Of a stretch of 64,000 nt of DNA, positions 38,001 to 51,400 are shown piece after piece. The stretch is from Geosiphon pyriformis uo1 (lineage: Eukaryota; Fungi; Glomeromycota). The translations under genes were made by a program, and so were the position numbers. The stretch lies in assembly GCA_016748015.1 (NCBI GenBank), contig JAAOMT010000376.1, forward strand, positions 93,283 through 157,282, given 5' to 3'. The stretch's first letter is position 1, and every line of letters starts with the position of its first letter. The notes under the pieces were generated by a model. That model was not told the DNA's origin and did no database searches. It saw only the letters and a program-made list of their open reading frames with translations.

Positions 38001-39759
38001 GCTGGCATCCTCGTTATCCTTTGCTGTTTCTGGCTCGTGTTGGTATCAGTCCCTCGAACAATTTTTTGGCAGGTGTGGTTCGCATTTTTTTTGGGTGTGA
38101 TTTGTCTCTAAGAGGCCCTCTGGCTTGTGCTTTTCGTCATCAGTACAGTACTCCTATGTCTTTGGTTCTTGGTGAATCCTGTTTTTTTAAGTGTGTTTCT
38201 TTGCTCAGGCATTATGGAATTGCTTTTGTGGAACAGCTTTGTGACCGTAATGGTAATGTTTTTAATTGGAGGACCTTCAAGCGTTGGAAGAGGCTGGACT
38301 CTCGTGGCCCAGTCCCTTTTTGGTTTGGTCTTTCCGTTCGCTTTCTTAGTGGTGTTGTACCTCTCTCCTCAAGTTTTTCTTTGGTAGATGGTCATGCTAT
38401 TTCTGATATTTGTCTTTCTCATGATTTTGGTGTGGTTCGTAACACTTTGCCGACCATTAATGCTGCCCGTCTTTCTGTGTATATGGATGGATCTCTTTCT
38501 GGTCTGGGCACTGTTGACATGAGAGCAGGTGCTGCCGTTTTTTTTAAGGACATTAACTTGGATTTGGGCGTTGAGGTGTCTGGTTTGGTTTCTTCTACTT
38601 TGACAGAGCTGCAAGCCATCACTTTGGCCCTTAAGTGTGTTTCTTTTTATCATTCGATTGACTTGTTCTCAGATAGCCAAGCTGCTTTGGATGCATGTAG
38701 GTCAGAGTCTTCAATGGTTTGTCTGGATTTCAGGAACCACTGTTGAATTAAGCGTCGTCACATTGCTACCGTCATTCGTCAAAAAATTTGAATGTGAACT
38801 GGGTTAAGGTGAAAGGTCACTCAGGTGTCTCAGGCAATGAGCATGCTGATGCACTTGCCAAAGGTGCTGCTCTCTCTGCTTAGCACCTACCTCATTTAGT
38901 CAGTGAACGTTTTCTATATGCTGGTGGTACGGCAGTTTCTGGTAATTCTAGACACTTTGTTTGTGATGTTTTTTGGTCAGTTCATCGTGCTCGTTGGGAG
39001 ATTGGAGTAGGTTTTCATGTTGTGGATGATAGTTTGCGTGCTAAAATCAATTGGTCTAAGTCTTCTATGGTGTGGCACCCCAATTTTCACATGGCGTCCG
39101 GTTTTACCAGCATGCGCATGGCAGGCTGTCGTACTTACTTTATGAAGGCTTTCTATCATCGGCTTCTTGTTGCTATGCGCAAGCATTTATATGATAGGAA
39201 ATACCCCAGTGTGGTCTGTCTGTTTTGTGGTGACGTTGAGACCTCGGATCATGGCTTTTCGTGTCCTCAAGATGCCATTGCCCATGCTTGTTTGTTGGGC
39301 ACTCATGTTTCAGCTTGAGAGGCTTTTTCTGGTCTTTCTTGCTCTTCTTCATGTGTCTTACAGGCCTTGGATTCTTGTGTTTCTAAAGTTGGAGTTGGTG
39401 TTGCTCTGTGTAAGGGCTTTGTTTTTGATGAATGGTTTCATGAGTCTGTTTTGGTTTTTAAGAATTCTAAGGAGGATGCTAAGAGGATTGTGAGCTTTGT
39501 GCGTGAGTTTTGTTTTGCATTTCGGGATGATATTTAGTTGGTCCGGGCCAGACACCGAGTGTTTATGAAAAGACACAGTTTGATTCTGAATGACAGCTCC
39601 ACTTCTGCTTTAGTTTCTGGTTTGCCTATGGTGTTTTCGGCTGGTGTAGTCAGATTGTTGAGAGTAGCTGAGGCGTTTGGAGTTGGTTTCGGGTTTCGTA
39701 AGTTTTGTCCATTTTTTTCAAGTATTGGGGATTCAGTTTCTGTGCATATAGGTATATAG
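35089..39759 (+). pseudogene. LINE ORF2 (APE endonuclease, RT, RNase H, CCHC)
   Basis: VATCNVRG, ITET, GGNFN, IDYVF, LQDMHKAYDSV, GLDQGE, FVND (37376-37387), YLGIF, YMDGS..ELQAI..SDSQA..VKGHSG..GNEHAD and CLFCGDVETSDHGFSC. Scattered stops and a frameshift. Confidence 0.95.
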
Positions 39760-39767
39760 TGTAGTCC

Positions 39768-39790
39768 TGACTGGCCCGAGTGGCTGGTCA
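39768..39790 (+). other. Predicted 3' UTR stem-loop shared by LINEs and ORF1-only elements
   Basis: TGACTGGCC-CGAGT-GGCTGGTCA forms a 9-bp stem including 2 G.U pairs. Homologues lie at ~32997, ~18742(-), ~16497 and ~25697(-). Confidence 0.6.
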
Positions 39791-40316
39791 CGTGTAGAGA
39801 GCGCATGATTCACACCTAGTTTAGATCATTTGTTTGATATATAGCGCTAGGTCACATTTGGACCTCACTCGTTAAATATAAGAAAAAAAAAATTTACAAA
39901 AAAACAATAATTTAATTAAATAAAAAAATTTGCAAAAAAAACAATAATATATTATAATATATAATAACACAAAATAAATTTAAAATAACTGCTATATTAG
40001 TTAATTGTTTTCAAATAATGTTTTTATAATATTTTTTTATTATCATTACATAAATTAAAAATGCTTAACTTTTATTATCTTAATTTTTTTTTATGCCAAA
40101 TAAAATTATTATTTATTTATTATTTTTTTAAACCAATAACTTTTAATTAGTATTTAAGAAAAGTTTTTTAAAAAACAGAATATTTAAAATCTAACTAAAA
40201 AAACACTTAAATACTAAAAATATTTTCCAGCTTTATATTAAAAAATTTATATTTACACCTTTAAATTTATTAAATTCTAAATTGTTTAATTTTTTGGTGT
40301 TTAATAATTCAATAAG

Positions 40317-40317
<1 letters not shown>

Positions 40318-40353
<36 letters not shown>
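40318..40353. repeat. (TAA)n microsatellite
   Basis: About 12 perfect TAA units. Confidence 0.95.
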
Positions 40354-40356
<3 letters not shown>

Positions 40357-40422
40357 TAATGCAACTGTAAGATCTTTTGATGTATGCACCCAATCATCTT
40401 TTCTAATCTTTTTCTTATGTTT

Positions 40423-41720
40423 TCAGAAGGTATTAAATTTATCTTTCTTTGAGCAAAGGTCATCAATAAATTTGCAGAGACGAACAATAAGACTGATATC
40501 GCAAGAACCTATTTTGTCTAAACTTTTTGTTGAGAGTACTATATAAATGAGACTGCTAAACAGAGCCATCCGCTTGGCTTTCGCAGCGTCTTGTACACCC
40601 AGGGAAACTTCATTCATTAGTTTTGCGATGGTAAATGAGCTTGTCATCATATGTGATCTTGTGTGGATTGGGCCACTTGTTATTTTTGTTTTTTCGAAGT
40701 AAAGAGGCCATAGTACACTTTATCCTCAAAAATAAAGAATAAAAATGGCATAAAAATGACATTAATAATGATATAAAGCAATTTATCTTTACCTTGTGTC
40801 GATGTGCATATGCATATAGTCTTGGAATGTGAAGGTAAGATACATAGAAGCGATTCTAGAGTACAAATTGTTTTGGTGTGATGCAGTGCCTTACGAGATT
40901 GAAAAGAAAAATAATGTGTTGATGCATCTCCTTATCGCTGTGCATTACGTTTAATAACTTTCTTTCGCGCAACCAATGCTTGATCAATTCCTTCGTCTGT
41001 GATGCTGAGCCTAAGCAACTTCTCAAGAGCATGCCAAGACGATGGTGCTGCAAAATTTTCTTTCATCCCAGATATCCGAAAAAGAAGTTTAACCATCCTT
41101 TTTCCATGATACCATCTTGCTTCATAATGATACAATATCTTTTGCTCCATCCCACCACAGTATTAAAGGCAAATATCGCGAAACCCATTCATTGCTTCAA
41201 TAGCTGCTTCTGAGGGTGGTTGGGATACATCTTAATTAGTAACGTGCCGTTGAGGATGCCTTCAATCTTCTGGCATTTGCCACAGACTGCTGTTGCCTTT
41301 CCCTTGCGCTTTTTTGTTCCTACGTTCTCTTCAGTAGCGATAAGCTCTCCTTCCCAGCGTGCTGCAGATAAAAACTGTTGACGGCAAGAATATTTTGCAA
41401 GAGTTTGTGCCCGTCTGAGGTCGCATCGTCGAAGAGAACCACGAATTTTGCAAGATGTATTAGAGGAGGTCAAAGGCAAACAGGCAGAGTCAATCATAGT
41501 GGGTAATAGCAACCTCCAAGACAACACCATTGCTCATTCCAGTAAGGTCTTAAGCCCCTGGCGCTTGAAATTGACGCCAGAGGCGATGTCGTTGACGAGC
41601 TCATATGTCGGGAATCGGGAGAGAAATTGTTTTTGTCGCTCAAGAGACATGGGCGTAAAGGTCCTTGGTAGTAGAGGTGGTGGTATCAAGTTTTTTTTGC
41701 TGGATCAATATTTTTGCACA
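40423..41720 (-). pseudogene. Orphan gene or pseudogene of unknown function
   Basis: Gene-like GC and CpG content and a plausible GT-AG intron at 40725-40792. The ORFs (41189-41530, 40932-41150, 40856-41053, 40423-40650) are short and interrupted by stops. Confidence 0.35.
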
Positions 41721-42404
41721 TGATTGACTAAATGAGTTTGAAAATTAAAAGCTTCACCACGAAAAATATAAAATGTGGACTCCTCAATCGTTCTAATCAA
41801 AGAAAATCTTTAGTAGGGAAATGGTCCGATTGTTTAGACTTTTGTATTGTTGGGTTATTTTTCCTAAAAACCCTGCCACAATTTATATGTTTTGAAGGCT
41901 GAAAGTTTGCATACATTAGAAGTTCACAAGGCATTTGAATTTCATTAAACATAGACTTGATTTATCCTTCCCAATTTGAAAGGAGCCATATATAATAGGG
42001 ATTTGAATGTCAGAAATCATTGTTCAAAAAGGTTTTTCGCGCTTTGAGTAATGAAACTTAATGATAAATCCAATCAAATGATGAAAACGAATCAACTTGC
42101 TCGTAATATCATCATCATATTATCTTTTTTTCGCAGCCTTTAGACAAACAACTGAAACTTGAAAACCTCAACTCACTGAGGACATCGTCATTGTCCTCAT
42201 GACTAAGCAAGCATAAAGGAGGATGCAGTTTCTTATTTATTCAAGGCGGACTTTCTGAGCAATCGCTCACTTCTTTTTATTAAGTTATTTCAGTGGTCAC
42301 AGAGTTATCAGAGCAAAACAGCTCCAACAAGTTTTTGACTTATTTCTGAACATTTAAAATAGCCAGCTTTCTTAAGCCAACAGAGTTGAGATAGCCATTT
42401 TGGT

Positions 42405-45400
42405 ATGGCGACTGATAAGTCTCCAAAAATCGTCGGGGAAAGTTTCCTTGCACGATCTGTTCAAGGGGCACAGCAACAGTTGACTCATTACCCACATCAT
42501 TCTCATGCCACACCTCCACTGCCTTTATTTGAGTTATTGAACATACCTAGTCGTTTAGTGCTTGATAAAATATATCTAAACGGGCTCCACTCGCTCAGAC
42601 GCTTTGAAATACGTAACGTCTCTTCGCATAAAATACTTGTTAAGCTGCGGTCCAACTTGGGCTCTCAGGTCGCGTTTCAACTGACCAACGAGAACTTTCC
42701 AGACTTTGATAGCGAGAAATTGATAAATCACGAATCCGATGGCTTATCTCATCCCAATTGGGAATTTTCTCCTGCAACTCAAAGACACGACGCAGATAAT
42801 AGCCCATCTGATACGCAAATTGGATCACTTATGCCAAGAGACGACATTATTGCAGCCAAAACTCGCAAGGCAATCTCATCATTATCCCCTCTCAAAAATA
42901 ACCCTTTAAGCAATATTGTTACGAATACAGTGGCAGCAGCAGCAGCGGGCTCCTTTGGGGACAATATAAATGGTCATCAATTTAATCAACTTTTTAATTA
43001 TGTAAATCACATTGATGAAGTGGAAATCTTGCCATGGCAATCCCAAAAAGTTATTCTTGCATTTCTACCAGATCCACGTGATAAGGCTCGCAGGTCTTTG
43101 GTTGGACATAGTATGTCGCCTTATTCAAGTGACACATCTGGAATATCTTCATCAGCCTCGGGAAATATTGGGAGCTCCAATTCACTGGAAGAGACGAACG
43201 AAAACTCGGCTGTGTTTTCTATCTCATCTGAAGAAGATGAAATCCACGATTTTTTTGAAGTTAATGGGTTGTTGTTTTTCTTTGGATATAATCTCGATAG
43301 AGAACAAGATTCAAAAATATTTTTAAAAAATACAATGGAAGATAATAGGGGGGAAATTCTTGGCAGGAGCAAAGAGCAAAACTTGTTTGTTCAAGACCAG
43401 AAGAAAAATTTATCACCTTCTCCCGCGGGAAGCAATTCAACACTTTCCTCGCTGAGTATAATATCTGACAACCAGCTTTCCGATCAAGGTTTGATTAACA
43501 AATATACCTTTGATTTTGAATTTTCTCATAAGATCATAATCTAATATTTCTGTACACAATTTTCATATTAATATTTATTGGGCATGACCAATAAATGATT
43601 CAACTATAATAACAGCGGTATCAAGTCATAGTGTTTTAAACAAAATTTCTAAATCCGAGGGAGATGGAACAAGTGGTGGAATATATAAAGCAGACTATCA
43701 ATTGACCTTAAAATTTAGAGCTACAGTTTGTCGATCTGTTTTATGGACAGACGTTGGTGAAATCGGTATCAACTTTGATGATTGTGTCGCAGGAGGCACT
43801 TATTTTAAAGACTTTACAATTTGGAATCGTTCAGAGATTGAGCTATATTGGTTACTCAACACAGTAGATCTCTCAAATACAGAGTGTCAGGATTCGCTTC
43901 GATTTACCGACTATGACACAGGTGAGCTTATTGATACAAAGCCAATCCCCAGTTATTCCCATAGAAGGATAAGAGTAACATTTCGACCTAAAGAAACTGG
44001 CGAGTTTAATTATGATCTTCAGTTAGAGAATGCCAATGATCCATCTAATGTAGTTGAGAGCCGAATTCATGCACTGGTAAGATCTGTTTTGAGTGAGGAA
44101 TCACTTGTAGTTAGCAGTGGTAATATTCTTGATTTTGGAGATTGTTGTGCAGGTTGCTGGAGTAAACAACAATTAGTGTTGAAAAATGTCGGTGAATCTC
44201 CGCTTGAAGTTCATTTTGCATCCGAGAACGCCGAAATTCTTTTTCATTTGAATACAGAAGAATCTATTATGTATCCCTCTAAAACAATAAATGGTATTGG
44301 AAAAAGATTCGCGGAGGAAAATCTAGAAGATGATCTATTCCACTCTCGACTCAAAGATAATCCAAATACCAACGCCACTACCATTGATACAAACACGACT
44401 AGCGAAAAATCAATTCCAAGCAGCATAACCAGTTCTCGTGCTCCTTCACCTGCCCCACAAATGCGTGATATTGATATGATGAATTCACCAACAGAACTCC
44501 CGAATTTGACGAGCCAAACCCCGTCTCAATCCACATCGAGATCAGCTAGTCGACATCGTTTAAACGTCCACGAAGACTCTGATTTTGAGGGTCCTCTTAC
44601 TGGTTACAATTCTGATGTTTTTACGCCCAGAGGAGACATATTCCAAAAAGGGGATATATATCTGGAAAATGAGCCAGGGGTAACTCAAATCGAAGAAGTT
44701 TCATTGAGGCCCGGACAAGAAAGAACCGTAAATGTGTTTTATCGTCCTGAAAAGGATGCCTCAGTCAGCGATTTCAATGCTGGGCATCTCACCCGTCGTA
44801 GTTTCCGTATCATATTACAGTATGCATCTGTCAAATCGCAAGTTACCACGTTTTTAACAGGGAACAGTGAAAAGAAGATAATTCAATGTAAAGCTCGTAG
44901 TTGCACCTCATTTGTTAAAGTGGATCCGAAAGAGGTTAATTTTGGGGATACTGATGTGGGCACTCTGAAATCTATGCCAATAACAATTACCAACCTATCT
45001 GAGTTGACCGCTCATGTGGAACTGCAATTTATATCTAAAGTTCTTAGCTGTAATCGGGAGGAAATCACTATTCCCCCTAAACAATTAGCTATCGTGAAAC
45101 TTGACATGTATCCTAGAAAAGTCAATGTCGACTATCGCAAACAAATAACTGTGGTTAACCTTCAAAATCGTGATAATGATCAAATAATTGAGGTACGAAG
45201 TACCAATATTGATAAAAATCGCGTTACATTTCACTCATTATTTTATCGAATTTTGACTACGAGTGTGAGTCATTATCTTAATTTCGGCTCTACTATATTG
45301 AATTCTCCTCGAGTCCGTACATTTACCATTGATAATATCAGCAAGAAAAACTTGGTACTTGAATTAACATCATCCTTACCCGAGGAGATAATATTATATC

Positions 45401-48400
45401 AAAAACTGCCAAATTTCGGCGATACTGGTCACCCCAATGAGTCGTTTTTCGATGATACCACTGAGGGATCTCGAATCGCGAGCGAAACAGAACGGAGAGA
45501 GAAATTATTAGAATCGATCAGTGATCGACGTCCCATTAAGAAACATGTTGTCCCGACAGAAGGTAGCATTGGATCAAACATGGTCAACAGTACCTTACTA
45601 AATCCTATCATTCTGACGGGGGATGCCCCAAATTTGGGTAATATTAAGAGACCCAATGCTACCAACCCTCCTGAAATGTTAATCACGGAAATTTCATCCA
45701 CAAACACCGCTTATCTTGATCTGGCTTCATCTTCAATCAAAGAGGCTCGGCGACCTCCTCGTAAAAGGCCACTCAAGTTGGCATTAGGCAAAAATGTTGG
45801 TTCTGCCATTGAAAGAATCAAAGAAAGTGAGAATCTTTTTGGTGGAGGCCCAGGAAAATCCAATCCAAATTCATCATTGGGCATCAGTTCGGGTAATGAG
45901 CTTGTAGTAACCTCCAAGAATGTCAGTTCTAATAAAGATTCACAGTCAACTGATGTACCCAAGAAACAGAGTACGTCCCGTATCATTGAAGTTGACAAGA
46001 ACATCAGCTTATCAAACAATTTCACCTCCAAAAACCAAAAAGAGAAAATAAATCAGCCAATTGATTTTACACGAATGTCCCTCAAATCACTAATCGTGGC
46101 CTTAGAAGTTAATAATGTCACTGCCCCACCATTATTTCCCAATGCCGCAGTGGAAGAGGCTTACGTCCGAAATCAGATGGGAATTGTTCGAGAATTACAC
46201 AATCGGATAAGAGACCAAAAGTTATTACCAGTCAAAACAGTTGAGATTTTACCTGGTGCAGAAAGGCAAATTATTGTAGTATTTACACCTAATCCCTTGA
46301 GGGCATCTATACAAGGAATACCCAAAAAACAAGATGCCAGAATCTTTTTGCGGTTAATTGAGTTTGATCGAGATATCCAACAGCCTCAATTTGAAGGCTT
46401 AATTCATAGTGACCAGTCTCAAATACCTGTCAGGGAGCTTCTCGTGCGATCTACTTTATGCAGATCAATCATGGAACTCGGGCAAAAAAATATAAATTTT
46501 GGTGCGATGGATAAAAATAAAAGTCGCAACAAAACTATTGTTATTCAAAATCGAAGTGAGGTTCCCTTATTATATAGTATAAAAAAATCGGGTTCCATCG
46601 CTTCGGGTGACATCGTCCTTGGAGATGGCCGCATGGGACTAATTCGTGGATATGGAAAAAAAGAAGTTGAATTCACCTTTGATCCGAGTCTTCCCGGACA
46701 ATTTCAAGAGAAACTTGTCATCGAGAACATTCAAGACCGGTATAATGATCAAGTAATTTCTGTTAAGGCTAATATTCGAAAGCAATCCACGTTTTTGATA
46801 CAATCCCCCAACCTTCACTTTGGTCCTTGTCTTATAAACGAGAATTCTGGCCGTGTACAGCACTTTATAATTAGTAATACAGACAAACAAACCAGAACTT
46901 TTGAAGTGCGAGTGGAGGGAAAAGATCTAAGGTTCAATGGCTGCATAGGAGAATTGAAATTTTCAATTCAAGAAGATGCTGAAGGTGGCCCACAAATTAG
47001 TGGACTTGTGAGTCAAGAAATGGAAGAAGAAATCGAAAACTTGGAGCAAAAAGTTAAAATTGCACGCCGTAAAGGTCGCGAAGACAAAGTGAAAAAAATT
47101 GAGAAAAAGATTGCACGATTGCGTCGTGGTGAGACAGGGAGAGAAGATGAGGATGAAGATCATGAGCCTAATGCAAAATCGGAATCAAAAGATGACAAAT
47201 CAGAGTCTTTAAGTGATGGTCGACAGACTCCATCAGAAGATTCTTTCGTTATTGCGAATGTCGCTGAAGTTGGTTCAGATACTACTTCTGTGACTACTAA
47301 ATCCATATCACGCCCTGAGAAAGGTTTGGAACCCCAAAATAAGCGCTCAACTCCAAATAGTAAAGATGTGCCAAAATTTAAAAGATTACTTAACTCAATC
47401 ATCTTTCCTTTGGAAGCACGGACAACGAAGACCGTTTCTGTTCATTTTCGGGCCATTTCAAATAGTAGGTCTTCACCAGCAGAATACGAATCTTTGCCAG
47501 AAAATATTAATGGACGAGTTTTTATTCACGAACACAAAAACAACGACTCAATTAAGACGATAATGTTTTGGGCGATTGTGTGCTACGACTATTCCAGCTA
47601 TTTGCAAGCACAATTGGCAGATGACGCTTCTCAACCAATTACTCCTCATGAATCATTGTCTGGTTATTCTGAGCCTCAGACGAGAGATAGAAACTCATCT
47701 CCTTCATTGAGCAGAAGATTACTTGATTCTTTTGCTCCCCCCCCATTAACACATTTCTTCGATGCTTTATCTACAATCTTTCCGGAGACTTCAGCAATCA
47801 ATTATTTGCCCTCTTATGGCCTTACTCGAGTAGCGTCTCCTGAACAAACTACTATTGAATCTTTGGTTGACTCGTTAGTCCTTGAACCATCAATTTTGGA
47901 TATTGGTAGACTTGAGGTTAACCATGAGCACATTTATTATTTCAAGCTGTCCAATCGTGCCGATTCAGATTTGGATTACGAAATAGTTGTTGACAAAAAT
48001 GAAAGTGGATTTTTTAAATTCGAACAAACGCGTGGCACCTTATCTCCCCAACAAACCCGGCGAATTGACTTTACCGCATTTGCTACTAATGTAGGGCGAC
48101 AGGTACATTCTCTAGTCGTTCGGGATTTAATGTCTAAAGCATACTGTACCTTTGTACTGTATGGCTATGTTCATTACCCACAGTATCTTAGATTCCCTGC
48201 TTTAGGTCATGATGGACAATCTGATTTGGATCTTGGATATTGCTATGTAGATCCTGGTCGAAAATATTCTCAAGTCACACCTTTACTTGTAGAAAATATA
48301 ACCGATCAAGATTTATATATCACTTGTCAGAGCAATTTGTCCTTGCAAGTGATCATCTTTTTGGACGAGTACGGAGAACGTGGCCAAGTTGTGGAGACGC

Positions 48401-51400
48401 TCTTAAATAAAAAAAAGAAAATGACAGTATGGGTTGCATTGCAGCCTAATTTACTTGGTGGAATATTAGGATCTGGAAGGCGAGGAGCTATTAATCAAGA
48501 TATCAATAACTCACCGAGTTTATCAGGGGGAATAGTGAATGCAGAAACGAATTCTAATTTGAACGCGGAGTGCCGTATCTTGATTGGAGGGATAAAATTC
48601 TCAATTCAAGTGAAAGAAAAATGTCCACTGCTCTTAACAAAGCTGCTTAAAACTTCTCGACAGGGAACCTTTTCTGAGGAAGAATTAGTCACAGCAAGTA
48701 CTCAAACTGTCAAATTCACCTCCCTGATTGGTCAGTCAGTTTTATCAATTTCGGATAAGATTATCACACTCGGTTCCACTTCGAGATTAGAAGGAGCCTT
48801 TTATGGCTCATTTACCCTTAAAAATTTGTCCAGTCATCTTCCTTTGGACTATTTGGTCGAATCATCCGGCAATAATCTCATTTTAGATCGTTCACGTGGG
48901 ACTCTCGAAGGATGGGATAAACGATCGGCATCTATAGAAGATGGTGAATTTCTTGATGAAATTGAGCCTGAGGCTAATTCACAAGCTATAATTGCTTTTC
49001 GAGCCATTCCTTCTAGTTTTGGTCTCTTATCGCAAAAAATTATAGTAACCAATTTACATCACACGGAGCAAGTCTTTGAGGTCGAAGTCAGGTTGTTTGT
49101 TGATGCTGGGACAATTAAATTTTTGAAGAGAGATAACTCGCCACAAGAATTAATGCCTAAAGATATTGACAATCATGAAAGTATGGCTATAGAAAACCCC
49201 AAGGAAATTGAATCATTTCCCTCGGTTCACTGGAATAATATATATGTTACAATAATTAGCGATGAATCGAATAGAAATGGAGCCTCACAACCTGCCGATT
49301 TTGAAGTCATCCCTCATCTTAAGGCCAAGATTCAAAAAGGCTACCAATCCGACACTGCCCCACTTTATGAGCAATGTGTCGAAGTTGGGAATAAATCAGC
49401 TAATGAAAGTCTTCACATAATCCCCAAATCAGACTTGAATATAAGTGTCCGATGGGGACTTTTTGGCGATTCAAAAATCATCGAAGATGAAAATATCGAG
49501 TTCCATGGTTCTATAGATTCCCCATTTCAAAGGTGCGGTCCTCAATGCGAACTGAAGCCTGGCGATAGAGCTTTTCTTTATATTGCTTGTCCAGAACCAA
49601 TCTTTTTGGATAAAGAGAATTCGCTCAAATTAGTCAAAGGAAAAAAAGCTATAATTGAAGGGGTTCTTTTGTTGTATGACCTCAAATCAAGGACAACTGT
49701 CAAAATGATTGATTTAAAAGCCAATTACTGCGTATCAAAAGGGGAGCTAACTCCGGCAGAAATTGAGCTTGGAAAAATTGGTCATGCGAATTCTTGGTCA
49801 GAGGTTCAGTTTCAATTTACCTTGCGGAATATTTCTGGTATACCTTTGCAATATGAGTTACAAAGTCCGGATTGCATTGAAATTCGGGGCATCGTGGATG
49901 AAGGTTCCCACCAGCTAGATCAAGAGGTAATTTCTTTAAAGCGAGTAATAGATTCATATGTTGAGCAGAAGATTACAGCAGCTCTCAAGCCTCGTCGTAT
50001 TGAGGATTTTCAACTTGGTGAACGAATTTTTGAAATAAATGTGCTTAACATGTTCAATCCTGAGAATAAAATGACAATAAACCTTAAAGCTACATTGACC
50101 CTTTTCGAAATGGTCTTTGAACGCTTGGTACACGGGGAACTGGTTCTTCCGCCTCTATGTCATCCTATTACTCGGCATGAACTACCCTCTGATTCTTGGT
50201 TCTCTATTTTAAACTCGGGTGATGATGATATTCGTTTTGAAATCGGAGCAGAGCTAAGTCCAGATATTTCACAGTTTGTCAAAATTGAAGTCCTTTCGAG
50301 ATTTTCAAACTCCCCTTTAGTTGGAGGTGTCACTATCAACGCACATGGTTCCATTGAAGTCAGAGTTCGGGCTCATCCGAATGAGTCATTACGTTTACCC
50401 AGCGATTCATCATATTTTATAAACCCTGATGGAATCACTTTTGGTAAACTTTGGATCGCTACAAAACAATCAAATGGTGAAGACGAAGATTCGGAGCAGA
50501 TAACAAAAACCATACCTATCCGCGGAGTTATAACTGAATGTTCCACTTTTACCATTTCAAATCATCACATAATCTTCAAAACTACTCTATATGGATCAGA
50601 CAACGAAAGCAATGGGTTTGAAGACGAAGCAAACGGAATAGTTCAAACTCGCAAGCGAAGAGCAAACTCGCAAAATTCCAATAAAGTTACGCAAAACATT
50701 AAATTCCTGGAAGAATGGCTAAATCAAAGCGAAACTATTAACATAAACAATTTGTGTAGCAAAATTCCTTTGCGATTCAAGGTATCAATTGAAGCACCAA
50801 TTGAAATATTCGTCCAAGAAATCCTCAATATCACGCCTTTAGATGATAATGGATGTGGTATAATTGAAGCAGGACAACAATTCACCCTGAATATTGAGCT
50901 CTTGGATCCTTCTGTTCCTGTATTAGATGACATCAAGATTCACATTGACGATATGGAGTCTTTGTCTGGTCAAAGAAATACAATTTTGATAAGCACAGAA
51001 TCTGAAACACATGAACATCGAGTTATTGGGAATAAAGTTCAGTGCAATAAAGAAGTACTCGAATCAATTGACCAAGACGATTCTCCAAGAATATTTCAAC
51101 CTCTTGAGCCATCATCTGAGCAAGCTGTTATTTATCAAAAGCCCGCGAAAGAACTTCCATTTATATCCCTTCGTGGCTGTAAAAGGATTGGAGAACCAAC
51201 TGAAATTGGTGGTCGTTATGAACTTGATCTTGGACAACAAGATCTTGGTTCCTCAACAGTGGTAAAAAAATTGACTCTTGAAAATTCCACCGTTGAACAA
51301 ATATCCTATCGAATCAAAACAGTATCTTCGAATGATCAATATTGGCTCAAAATAAGCCCAACTGAGGGTACTTTGGACCCATCAGTAACTGGCCACAATC

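Larger units (their letters stand above)
33140..39892 (+). mobile_element. LINE copy 4, near full-length and least decayed
   Basis: ORF1 plus ORF2, a 3' UTR hairpin and a poly(A) at ~39880-39892. Confidence 0.95.

Noticed and set aside
4836-39759. Frequent in-frame TGA/TAG in TE ORFs as an alternative genetic code or readthrough
   Set aside because: The stops differ between copies and fit transitions from TGG, CGA or CAR. Host genes use the standard code.
42640-51265. Short antisense or alternate-frame ORFs within the giant gene and within TE ORFs
   Set aside because: They are shadow ORFs without recognisable motifs.
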